A stretch of DNA of 64,000 bases from a virus (taxonomy: Duplodnaviria; Caudoviricetes): positions 1 to 64,000 of IMG/VR virus record IMGVR_UViG_3300028591_000087; one strand, 5' to 3'. The notes under the pieces are model-generated. The model was given only the letters and a program-made list of their open reading frames with translations, was not told the origin of the DNA and did no database searches. Each line of letters opens with the position of its first letter. Position 1 is the stretch's first letter. A program made the translations under genes and the position numbers. This document shows, in pieces, positions 1-9,678 of the stretch.

Positions 1-125
1 AGTCGGAGTCGGAGTCGGAGTCGGAGTCGGAGTCGGAGTCGGAGTCGGAGTCGGAGTCGGAGTAGGACTTGGGGTTGGAGTAGGTGATGGTGTTGGTGTC
101 GGAGTAGGACTTGGTGTAGGAGTTA
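1..125 (-). repeat. Coding hexamer repeat encoding a Thr-Pro tract
   Basis: (AGTCGG)n on + reads ACT CCG = TP in frame on -. Confidence 0.9.
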
Positions 126-2826
126 CAAATTGATTTTCAAATTGTACTGTTCCGCCATCATCCTTATAATACTTAGTTATACTACCATCAGAAATCAAGA
201 TATATCCATTCGGCACATCTACTTCTTCTACAGTATATTTACCAGCTTTTAGTCCAGTAATTGTTTCACTGCCTTTACCAGTTTGCGGATCAACAGGAAC
301 TTCTACATATAATGGTTCATTTAGTCCAACACCTGTAATTTTGAAATAGAAAATAGCAGGCTCCATATATTCAAACTGATCTACTACTTTTTCAATTGTA
401 ATACTACAATATACCACCGGAGTTGGCGATGGTGTAGGACTAATAGTCGGAGTTGCAGTAGGTGTTGGAGTAGGTGTTGTATCAGTTGGAGTAGGTGTTG
501 GTGTCGGAGTTGGAGTAGGTGTTTCTCCAGTCGGAGTTGGAGTAGGTGTAGGTGTTACTATAGGAGGCGGTGGCGTAGGAGTAGGTTTCTCTGGAGGATC
601 AATTTCATTAATAACTGTAATTATTCCAGATCCATCATCTTCTACTGCTTGTAATTTATAATTTGCAGTTGCAATTTCATCAATTTCAAGCAATCCTTCT
701 TCTACAACTGCTATTTCCACACTTTCACCCACACCAAGTGCATATGGTACACCATTGATGACAATAGTAAAACGTGGACGTTCTGGACCACTTAAAACAC
801 CAGTATGATGCCATACTTGCTTACCATTCTGACTTATCCAGAATAAACGTTTACCTGCCACTAATTCAATTTCACTAAATGGCATAGCATTCTCTGGTAT
901 AAATACTTCATTGATTAAACGAGCTGTCATTGCATCATTTGGATCTGTTGGATCGTATATGAGTTGACCCTCTGGAATAGATGCTAAATCTGCCGGCGCA
1001 CGATAAACTATACTTGGTAATGTACCACCAGTAGATCCACTTTTTAATTGATATAAACTATTTGCTTTACCATCAGCATCTACAAACAAAACCCAGTTAT
1101 TAGCATCGCCGCAATGGTTAGATCTATGACCTTCTTTACTGGTTTTATTTTCCCAGTTTGTAATATCAGCATACCATCTACCGCCGCCGGCAGTAAATGT
1201 AGTATTGTCCATTGTATCACAACGGACATGCCAAATTTCACCCTTCAACTGTTTTGTTACAATGATAGGAGTCGGTGTAGGAGTTGGACTTGGAGTTGGA
1301 GTAGGAGTGGGTGTAGGTGTTGCTGTGGGGGTAGGTGATGGAGTAGGAGTTACTGAATATTCAACCGCAGGTAATGGGAAATCTTGGATTTTAGTATCTT
1401 GCGGAGTATATAAAGTAGCAGTTGTATTCGTCAAAAGTGGAATACCGCCTTGTGATCCATTATAATCATATGAACCATATTCACCAGCAGCAGTTTGTGG
1501 ATTACTCAATCTGATACTATAATGTAATTCAACAGAATCGCATAATAGCAAATTAGTATTGATAATCCATTTGAAATAATCATTTTCTTCATTGCTATTA
1601 TATACTAATGTAAATAAATCACCAAAATAGAATGTGATATTATCATTAGTTGTGGCATTTATCCGCTGTCCATTCCAAATTACATACATTCTACTTGCAT
1701 CTGGAATGAAGTCCATATCATACTCATTACCCAAATTATCAATTCCAGAACCCATGTAGTCCATTACATAGCTTCCAGTAGTAACATATGATATTTCTTT
1801 ACCAATATTGCTTAATGAGAATGTTTTTCCGTTATTCAAATATTGCATAAATGATTGAGCATATTGGCTTGTTCTATAAGAGAAATCACCACTATCAACA
1901 TAAACTGCATAGCAGTTATAACCATGCTGTTGCGCAGTTGCATAAGAAAGCATTGCGTAATATAGTGCTTTATCGGAAGATACAGCATGGGTAGATAAAT
2001 TTCCTCTAATGTAACTGGTAGCACCATTATAATAGTTACGAGGGTCCCATCCCCACGTCTGTTCAAATAAATCTTGGTCACGATTGATAGCTTTTGCAAC
2101 TTCTACAAAATAATCGTACCAACTTGCCGGTGCGGCATAGGTGCCATATTTGAATAAATATGTATCTGGTCCAGCAACTATATTGCCATTGTACTCTTGG
2201 ACTACTACAGTTTCTCCTTCTGTTTTAGTCCCATTTAGACCAAGTTGATTATTTCTTTGATATACATGAGTATCGCCATCACTGAGTATAATCAAATATT
2301 TATTAGAAGCAGGCACTCCAGCATGATGGTCAAGCATATATGTACCTGTTAGAATACCTGAATTCAAATTCGTGCCACGATGTGTATATTTAGAAGGATG
2401 GTTCTTCTCTATTACAGTACCATCCAATTGCCGATAGATTTTAGATTTACCATAAAAATACACTATTCCGACATTGATGTCATCTCTGGCATCTGCTGCA
2501 GACATATATTGTTGTAGTAATCTATCTGCCGCATTATCAATAGATAAGGAGGCATCTACTACAAATACGATATCATATACATCAACACTAGTAGTAGGTA
2601 TTTTCAACATTATGTCTGATTCATAATTTTCATCCAAATTAGTAGCCGTTTTAGAAACGGCTACTTTGTTCAGATTCACAGATGAAATACCTGGTACGTA
2701 TACCTCGCCACTATCTATTGTTATTTCTGGAGTATATTCATTACTTTCTACAACTGTCTCAGCAATACCAGCAAATGGCATCATTGCAAGTGCTATTGCT
2801 AACAATATTGCTAAAAATCTTTTCAT
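1..2826 (-). CDS. Large secreted/surface protein: signal peptide, VWA domain, Pro-Thr repeat linkers, CnaB/SpaA-like domain (3' end outside window)
   Basis: ATG at 2826: MKRFLAILLAIALAMMPFAGIAE. MIDAS-like DIVFVVDASLS...GTNLNSG...LIILSDG. (TP)n tracts near 1-125, 420-590 and 1265-1350. ITGLKAGKYTVEEV motif. Runs off the window edge, which explains its absence from the ORF track. Confidence 0.75.
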   Translation of the reverse strand, partial: MKRFLAILLAIALAMMPFAGIAETVVESNEYTPEITIDSGEVYVPGISSVNLNKVAVSKTATNLDENYESDIMLKIPTTSVDVYDIVFVVDASLSIDNAADRLLQQYMSAADARDDINVGIVYFYGKSKIYRQLDGTVIEKNHPSKYTHRGTNLNSGILTGTYMLDHHAGVPASNKYLIILSDGDTHVYQRNNQLGLNGTKTEGETVVVQEYNGNIVAGPDTYLFKYGTYAAPASWYDYFVEVAKAINRDQDLFEQTWGWDPRNYYNGATSYIRGNLSTHAVSSDKALYYAMLSYATAQQHGYNCYAVYVDSGDFSYRTSQYAQSFMQYLNNGKTFSLSNIGKEISYVTTGSYVMDYMGSGIDNLGNEYDMDFIPDASRMYVIWNGQRINATTNDNITFYFGDLFTLVYNSNEENDYFKWIINTNLLLCDSVELHYSIRLSNPQTAAGEYGSYDYNGSQGGIPLLTNTTATLYTPQDTKIQDFPLPAVEYSVTPTPSPTPTATPTPTPTPTPSPTPTPTPIIVTKQLKGEIWHVRCDTMDNTTFTAGGGRWYADITNWENKTSKEGHRSNHCGDANNWVLFVDADGKANSLYQLKSGSTGGTLPSIVYRAPADLASIPEGQLIYDPTDPNDAMTARLINEVFIPENAMPFSEIELVAGKRLFWISQNGKQVWHHTGVLSGPERPRFTIVINGVPYALGVGESVEIAVVEEGLLEIDEIATANYKLQAVEDDGSGIITVINEIDPPEKPTPTPPPPIVTPTPTPTPTGETPTPTPTPTPTPTDTTPTPTPTATPTISPTPSPTPVVYCSITIEKVVDQFEYMEPAIFYFKITGVGLNEPLYVEVPVDPQTGKGSETITGLKAGKYTVEEVDVPNGYILISDGSITKYYKDDGGTVQFENQFVTPTPSPTPTPTPSPTPTPSPTPTPTPTPTPTPTPTPTPTPT

Positions 2827-2843
2827 AATATATTACCCCATAA

Positions 2844-3230
2844 TTAGTCGCTGATTGTTACGATAACTCTAAATGTCCAATCTACGTTGTCTGCATTGAG
2901 GTCAAAACTGTAAGTTTCTCCGCTGCCAACGGATTCCCAATCGCCGCCACCCTTTTTAGCCTGCCAGTTATAAGACACACTATAACTTGACAAGTCATAA
3001 TATTCTGGGTGTTCTGTAGAGATATTGGCAGTAAGAGTTATTGTGGTGCCAACAGCCAAAGTCTGATTGGCCTGTGCGCAACTGATTGATACTGCCCAGC
3101 CAGGATCTGGCAAAGAGATTGTAATATTTGGGTCATATTCTGGACTTGTCGCAGAACCTTCTGCTAAACCCATAGGCGCAAAAGTGAAACATAACATAAG
3201 TGCTGTGAGAAATGCGAAAAATCTTTTCAT
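2844..3230 (-). CDS. Small secreted protein, probable Ig-like fold
   Basis: Signal peptide; ITLTANI...YNWQ...YSF...FRVIVT pattern typical of Ig-like domains. Confidence 0.6.
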   Translation of the reverse strand: MKRFFAFLTALMLCFTFAPMGLAEGSATSPEYDPNITISLPDPGWAVSISCAQANQTLAVGTTITLTANISTEHPEYYDLSSYSVSYNWQAKKGGGDWESVGSGETYSFDLNADNVDWTFRVIVTISD

Positions 3231-3283
3231 AAGTGTAGATCTCCTTTCTAAAATTAAAATAGACTTTATCTACATAAAGTCTA

Positions 3284-3724
3284 TTATTTGTATAACTGAT
3301 ATTTTTTTGAGATTTTCCATGCGGTTTCGTCATCAAGAGGACGGAAACCTATGCAAGTAAGAGTGCGGCCAGTGCCATCATCATCGACCAGTTCTGGCTT
3401 CAGTTCAGTAAGACACGCATCCCATATGAGGAAAAAATCTTTACCTTCTTGTAGTCCAAGCTCTTCAGCTATTGTTTTGACTTTAAGTAGCTGTTTTAAG
3501 TTTTTAGCTTCGCAAACGGTTTTGGTAAATACACCATTGAACCAATCTTCATAGACATCTTTTTGGATTGTGAGTCCAATATAATAGTCATTACTCATAG
3601 CCATTTTTTGCGCGTTGCCGCGAATTGCGCGAGATATGAACGCGATAGATGCGTGCGCAACCTGAGCCGCAAGTTTACCTGGGCTCATATTAAGGTCTTT
3701 ACGAGCAATAATAATTTGTCTCAT
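3284..3724 (-). CDS. pth2: Peptidyl-tRNA hydrolase, PTH2 family
   Basis: RKDLNMSPGKLAAQVAHAS...DACLTE...TLTCIGFRP match PTH2 motifs. Confidence 0.88.
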   Translation of the reverse strand: MRQIIIARKDLNMSPGKLAAQVAHASIAFISRAIRGNAQKMAMSNDYYIGLTIQKDVYEDWFNGVFTKTVCEAKNLKQLLKVKTIAEELGLQEGKDFFLIWDACLTELKPELVDDDGTGRTLTCIGFRPLDDETAWKISKKYQLYK

Positions 3725-3728
3725 AAAA

Positions 3729-3789
3729 CAAGACCCCTTTCTTTTCCAAATTTACAGTTCGGTTTTAATAATTTTGCTGACAGGGTCTT
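3729..3789 (-). ncRNA. CAGCAA-stem RNA copy A, carrying an isolated Tyr-type anticodon stem-loop
   Basis: AGACCC-UGUCAGCAA...GGGUCU-UG closing stem; internal CCGAA-CUGUAAA-UUUGG hairpin. Confidence 0.6.
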
Positions 3790-3792
3790 AAT

Positions 3793-3866
3793 TGGCAGGC
3801 CTTGATGGAGTCGGACCATCACATACGGAGTCAAAGTCCGTTGCGCTACCGTTACGCTAAAGGCCT
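3793..3866 (-). tRNA. tRNA-Gln(UUG)
   Basis: Cloverleaf, loop CU-UUG-AC, CCA encoded. Confidence 0.9.
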
Positions 3867-3873
3867 ATATATC

Positions 3874-3948
3874 TGGCTGGCGATCCTGGACTCGAACCAG
3901 GAACCTCGGAGTCAGAGTCCGATACGTTGCCAATTACACCAATCGCCA
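3874..3948 (-). tRNA. tRNA-Gln(CUG)
   Basis: Cloverleaf, loop CU-CUG-AC, CCA encoded. Confidence 0.92.
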
Positions 3949-3955
3949 ATAAAAA

Positions 3956-4073
3956 CTCGACACGTAATTTCTTATGCTCTACCTACTGAGCTACATATGC
4001 TGTTAACATGGTGCATGTGGCGGGACTCGAACCCGTGATAGTAAGATTACTCTTAATTTGCTGCGCGTGTCGA
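3956..4073 (-). ncRNA. CAGCAA-stem RNA copy B with circularly permuted, anticodon-less tRNA body
   Basis: Order: T arm (GGGUUCGAGUCCCG), acceptor 3' strand plus ACCA, linker, acceptor 5' strand, D arm (UAGCUCAGUAGGUAGAGC); closed by a GACAC/GUGUC stem. Confidence 0.72.
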
Positions 4074-4095
4074 AAAATATTATGATAACCAACAC

Positions 4096-4172
4096 TGGTC
4101 CGGGTGGCGGGATTCGAACCCACGACCTCCTGATCCCAAATCAGGCGCGCTACCAAACTGCGCTACACCCGG
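4096..4172 (-). tRNA. tRNA-Pro(UGG)
   Basis: Cloverleaf, loop UU-UGG-GA. Confidence 0.93.
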
Positions 4173-4177
4173 ATAAA

Positions 4178-4224
4178 CAAGGCACGATTCTTTTTAATAT
4201 CCAATTCATAGCTGTCGGTGCCTT
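4178..4224 (-). ncRNA. CAGCAA-stem RNA copy C (minimal)
   Basis: AGGCAC-CGACAGCUA...GUGCCU-UG. Confidence 0.5.
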
Positions 4225-4274
4225 TTCTCATCTTTCATATATATTATATTATATTTTTTTAAGTTTTTCAAATA

Positions 4275-4472
4275 TCATGGTTTTCCATCTGGAAATACCG
4301 GATGCGGTTTATGTGGATTTCCATGACCTGGGTTGTGATCGCAACCACCACCGCCACCAACGCCAATACCCATGTCGCCATGGCCCATATGAGAGCCACC
4401 AGAAGCAGTTATATTTTCAGTATAATCAAATACTAACTTTTCTGCTTTGGGAGTAATATAATTCTTTTTCAT
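4275..4472 (-). CDS. Small leader-core type peptide, RiPP-precursor-like
   Basis: MKKNYITPKAEKLVFDYTENITASG followed by a Gly/His/Pro-rich tail with one Cys; RBS GAAGG upstream. Confidence 0.6.
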   Translation of the reverse strand: MKKNYITPKAEKLVFDYTENITASGGSHMGHGDMGIGVGGGGGCDHNPGHGNPHKPHPVFPDGKP

Positions 4473-4495
4473 GCTTTTTACCTTCTTTAAAAATA

Positions 4496-4588
4496 TGGCG
4501 GCCCGCCTGGGATTCGAACCCAGATTACCTCCTTCAGAGGGATATAACGGTTTTAGAGACCGGTGCACTACCATTATGCTAGCGGGCT
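4496..4588 (-). tRNA. Amber suppressor tRNA(CUA) with long variable arm
   Basis: Anticodon arm CCGGU-CU-CUA-AA-ACCGU; T arm CUGGGUUCGAAUCCCAG; G73-CCA end. Confidence 0.88.
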
Positions 4589-4614
4589 ATACAGTGAATC
4601 TCTTCACTGTTTAT

Positions 4615-4643
4615 ATTATATCATTTTTTTTAATTATTGTCAA
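4615..4643 (-). promoter_or_regulatory. Sigma-A type promoter upstream of the suppressor tRNA
   Basis: TTGACA-17 nt-TATAAT on - strand. Confidence 0.75.
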
Positions 4644-4950
4644 AATTGTCCATAGTCATAATGCCATTATTACGCATATAATCTAAAACCATCTTTCGTC
4701 CAAAAACATTTAAACAACTCTAGTCATTTGGTAAACCTGACATTAATAATGAATATGGTTTTTCTCTTTCAATAAAGCCATCAGAACTCCAAATGGTATT
4801 TTCTTCTTCAATAACCATATCACGAGCCATACGAGCACGCATAACTCTAACTTGACGAACATTATTATTAATAAGATCTTCAATCATTAGATCTTCATTG
4901 ACGTTTGTATGCCCTAGTGGAAACATCAGGGCAGCGTTCTCCCATGCCAT
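4630..4950 (-). CDS. Hypothetical protein at end of radical SAM operon (1 TAG read-through)
   Basis: ATG at 4950 (MAWENAALMFP); TAG at 4720 reads through to TAA at 4630. Confidence 0.55.
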
Positions 4951-6379
4951 CTTCCTGTCTATCCTTTCTATGTTTTTGCATATTATATAATTCAGTTGCA
5001 TACATATTTTCAACAAAATCTAAAAATTGTTTAACTAATGGATATTCTAACTCATATTCTGTAATTGTGTGTAAATATGCAATAACACCCATATCAGTAT
5101 ATTTTTGAATTAAAAATTTTAATTTAGCTTTAAACATTTTACAAACACTTTCAATAGGAAAGAATGGATCATTTAAAGCTTCTTTTTGAGCGCCAAAACA
5201 TCCTTGTAAGCAATATTGATTAGCCCAACAAGTATCACATCCATAATTAGCATTACGAACATTACTCATTAAAACTTTAATGGCCATTTGTGGGTTAAAA
5301 GCTTCTATATCAATGATTTTATCATTTTCAACAACAAATTTGCCATATAATAATTTATTATAAGCTGTACGATGGCAAGGACAAATCGCTAAATCTCCTA
5401 AACGTACAGTTAAATCTGTTGCGACTGTACACCCCATGAACGTATCTGCTTGTGCAAAAGCATAATTTATATATCCAGAAATACTATTATCATTATCATT
5501 CATACCTTCTCGAATATTGAATAAATGATTAGCAAATTTTCTAATATCATTATTACAATAATTCAATAGATAATAATCAATTTCATAATTTAAATATTCC
5601 AAATATGCTTGAATGGCTTCATCTGTCCAATCATCATTACGAACTTCTAGCATCATTAAAGCAGATAAATCAAAACCATATTCATCTAACTGTTGAATCC
5701 ACCATTGAAAATTTTCAATCCAATATGGCGCACTCGCTGCAGAAACCATCGGATGAAAACAAAAATTATTATGTTTAGCAAATGAAAATATTTTATCCCA
5801 ATCTTCATCAGTTCTAACATATCCATTATTTAATGGCCGTGTTTTTTCTTCTAAAATTTTGCCATCTACTGATACACTAAATGTCAAATTATGACCAGTT
5901 TGTTTAAAAGCATCAATATAATGTTGAATTCTTGCACATGCTTTATTATTTCTTACGAAAGAACAATTAGATGCAATCATGAACCAATCAGCTTGTAAAC
6001 CTTTATTTAAATATTCGAGTGTAATTTCTAATACATCCCAACCAAATTGACTATGCCAAATTTCTCCAGTAAAAAATTCAATTTTAGGAATATGATAATT
6101 ATTTTCTAAAATATAATCATATAAAAGTCTTAAATTATGTAAAATAAGTTCTGGATCTTGAAATTCTTTTGGATATAATTCTTCATATTTTACCAAATAG
6201 CAATATGAACAATTTTGGTTACATGCTGCAGTAATATAAATTTCTAAATTCGCATCATTGCGTAATGAATATTGATTCATATCAGTTTCTTTCCATGGAT
6301 TAAAAAACCGTAAATCTAATACAGTTTTTAATAACTGATTTTGTTCTTGTTGATAAGTTATACGTTCTTCGTTTAACAT
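4895..6379 (-). CDS. Radical SAM/SPASM domain enzyme
   Basis: CNQNCSYC motif, FFTGE, SVDG; SPASM cysteines GC...ICPCH...CDTCWANQYCLQGC...C. Confidence 0.9.
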   Translation of the reverse strand: MLNEERITYQQEQNQLLKTVLDLRFFNPWKETDMNQYSLRNDANLEIYITAACNQNCSYCYLVKYEELYPKEFQDPELILHNLRLLYDYILENNYHIPKIEFFTGEIWHSQFGWDVLEITLEYLNKGLQADWFMIASNCSFVRNNKACARIQHYIDAFKQTGHNLTFSVSVDGKILEEKTRPLNNGYVRTDEDWDKIFSFAKHNNFCFHPMVSAASAPYWIENFQWWIQQLDEYGFDLSALMMLEVRNDDWTDEAIQAYLEYLNYEIDYYLLNYCNNDIRKFANHLFNIREGMNDNDNSISGYINYAFAQADTFMGCTVATDLTVRLGDLAICPCHRTAYNKLLYGKFVVENDKIIDIEAFNPQMAIKVLMSNVRNANYGCDTCWANQYCLQGCFGAQKEALNDPFFPIESVCKMFKAKLKFLIQKYTDMGVIAYLHTITEYELEYPLVKQFLDFVENMYATELYNMQKHRKDRQEDGMGERCPDVSTRAYKRQ

Positions 6380-7776
6380 AAGCAATCTCCTTGATAAATG
6401 AATTTATTAAAAGCATGTAATTCAGCATCATTTTGTATATATTGCATAGCACCATTTAATAATAATTTAAATTCTCCTAATGGTACTAATCCATATGATC
6501 CAGTAATATTATAATTGTCTTTAATACAATACGCGGTATGAGACTAAATAAATATTGCTGCTTTTAAAGCATTTTCTTCATCAATATATATCTAATCTAC
6601 TTGTCCAGCTAAAGCAAGAGCAATTATTGCCGCAGTATGAGTTGCCAAACGTGCAGAAGCATTGTTTGTATTATATAATTCCATAATATAATAATGGTTA
6701 TGTTCATACTGATCATCATTAACACACATTGATCTTGTCGCAGAACTAGCAAATTTATCAAAATTAATTGTACCTTTGTCTGCTCTTGTAGTATCATCTG
6801 CAGCTAATTTAGAATATTCTTCTGCAATTTGGACAAAACCTTCATGACAAGTAGAAACCATATTATTAGGTAGAAAACCAATACTTACATTGCCAGTCCC
6901 ACAAGTATGATATCCATATTTATATGTTAAATTATCTTGTATGATATCACCATTAAATGGAGTAATACATTCATAATAATCAAAAATATGTTCTCCATCT
7001 CTCTGTCTTTCTTCAATATGACGACATTTTTTGACAAGTCCTGCAAAAAATTTACCATCTTCAACAGTGACAGGAGAAGGGACTGCGGTATTGGGGATAC
7101 CATATATTATAAATACATTCGGAAGATTTAGTTTTTTAATTTTATCAATAAATGTATTTTCATAAAATTTATAATATGCAATAATATCATCTTCCGTTTG
7201 TAATGTTTTCATTGTATTTAAATCTAATGTGCCTTTTAAAGTAACAGTTAAATTAATATTCGCGGGTAAACGATTTTGTTTTAATAAATCAATTAATTTA
7301 TCAAAATTATTAATACATTTTTCTGTTGTACCATTTCCTCGACCAGCATCATTTAAATTTAATGGCCCATCTACAGATAATTGCAAACAATAGCTAAAAT
7401 CACGATCAGGATATTCGCCAAATATATCCATTAATCCAAAAAATTGATCACACCATTGAGGATAAGAAAAATTAGTAGATGAATAACCGTTTTTTAAATA
7501 TGGATAATATTCAATTAATTTACGTAATGTATAATGTAATCGGTCCATATGAATAAATGGTTCGCCACCCCAGGTTTCAAAATTGGTTAACATATATTTC
7601 TTAGGGAAATATTCGCGCACACGATTAAAGTAATAATCACCTTTAAATGATTCTTCTAATGCGTCATCAATTTCTTTTAAAATAGGGTTTTTATATATAT
7701 TACAATAACGGCACTATAAATTACAAGTACCACAGGTGTAAAAAATTGCTGTGTTAAAATTCTTATTATAAACCAT
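6373..7776 (-). CDS. Radical SAM enzyme, 467 aa (3 TAG read-throughs)
   Basis: ATG at 7776 with GGAGG RBS; CNL(TAG)CRYC motif, WGGEP, LSVDG; TAA at 6373 overlaps the next start. Confidence 0.85.
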
Positions 7777-7796
7777 ATAATAAATATCCTCCCAAA

Positions 7797-9476
7797 TTAA
7801 TTTGTTTTAGGATAATGAGCATTTGTGATATCAATTGTGGTTGTATTACTATGATATTGATGTTGATTTGCTTCATTAGATTTTAAACCATTTGTTTTAG
7901 CAACATTCATACAACCATTACTATTATCACCATTAGCCATAGTTCCATTGTTGTTAGTTCCATTACCTCTAGTACCATTCGTATTTGCTCCATTAGCCAT
8001 ACCATAATTTGGATTAGAACCACGACCATTAGCACCATTACCATTTGTCCCATAAGACATTGTTCCATTACTTTTTCTTCCATGACTACAAGTTCTACCA
8101 TTATCCTAATGAAATTGTTGACCACAACTATAACCATTGGCATTTAAACTATTAGCATTTACTCCATTTCCACGTGTACCATTGCTTTTTGCCCCATTAG
8201 ATTTATTACCCTCACTATTCTGTCCATTAACATTTGCTTCATTTGTTTTTAACATATAAGTATTGGTTCCATGACTACAAGTACCATTACTTCTAGAACC
8301 TGCAGTATTTATACCATGAGCATTTGGTTCATTACTATTTCCACCATTCCCTTTAGTGCCATTACTGTTGGCACCGTTGCTCCATTTAGTATTCCAATTG
8401 TTACCATTTACATGCTGTCCATTGGTCCAGGTACCGTTAGATCTATTTCCATTGCTATGAGAGCCATTGCCATTTGCGCCGTTGCCTCTATTACCATTGG
8501 AATTTGCGCCATTGCTCCAACCGCCGTTACTTCTGGTACCATTACCACGATTACCATTACTCCAACCGCCATTGCTCCAACGTCCATTGGATCTTGAACT
8601 ATTCCATTTATTACCATTACTGTTAGAACCATTGCTGTTAGAGCCATTACTGTGGGAGCCGTTGCCATTAGCACCATTACCACGATTACCATTACTATTA
8701 GCGCCATTAGACCAACCACCATTAGATCTTGTTCCATTACTATTAGCAGCATTACTGTTATAACCATTGCCCTTATTGCCATTCCAACAAGTGCCATTCC
8801 ATTTATCAGCATTACTTTTATTACCATTACTATTAGCACCATTGCCATAAGTAACATGCCATCTTAAAGTATTATAACAAGTACCATTACTATTAGACTA
8901 ATATGAATTTCTTCCTTGCCCACAAGTACCATGCTAATTCTATCCATTACCTTTGTTGCCATTAGATTTATATCCATTAGTATTAACGATATTACTATTT
9001 AAAGCATTATTATCTGCACCATTAGATTTTTGTCCATAGCTTTTTCCAGTATTTGCACCACCAACATAACATTTTCCATCCCAATAAGAACCATGACTAT
9101 TATTTTGATTGTTTTTATTTGTATTAGCTCTAACGCCTTTATTATTAGTAGCCTCGTTTTTACATTTTACTCTTGGTGCATTGGTAACTACTGTTCTAAT
9201 CTATGTTGTCTAATCAACACGAATATAGTCACCAACTCTGACAGCCGTCATTACAGGCCACCAGCTTTGCTATGTACCTAAAAATTTATCTGATCTAAAC
9301 TAATCAATTTTAGTTTTTAAATTATTTATATGTGAAGCATCAGCACGATCTCCAGCATTTGGTCCATTGCCTAAACTAGCTAAACCATTAGAATATCTGG
9401 AGGACAAATCATTAAAAGTTCTGTACCAGCTTCTAATATCAGATGATAAAATCTATTCGCCTACAGCAACTGCCAA
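7797..9476 (-). CDS. 559-aa Asn/Gly pentapeptide-repeat protein (NGxxS)n, 9 in-frame TAG
   Basis: GAGGTG RBS and TTG at 9476; single frame to TAA at 7797 when TAG is sense; NGANS NGNKS NGTRS NGGWS NGNRG... Confidence 0.82.
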
Positions 9477-9678
9477 TTTACTTCACCTCTTTATATTATA
9501 ATATCAAAAAATTTAGACTTCGTCAATCTATATATAATACAACTTTTAATAGGTAAATTATCATATATTACCCAATTTCGGGAAAAGCAGGGATCGATAT
9601 AAATGATCCCTGCCGCAATTAAAAATTCTACTTTCAAGTTTTGTCTCCCGCGTGTCGACCCTCTGCGGGCGGACCAGA

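Noticed and set aside
1-125. Telomere-like or microsatellite repeat
   Set aside because: It is an in-frame Thr-Pro linker of the surface protein.
7907-9281. Hydrophobic or Met/Val-rich ORFs in the ORF track (7907, 8271, 8408, 8467, 8652, 9030)
   Set aside because: They are shadow frames of the 15-nt-period NGxxS coding repeat.
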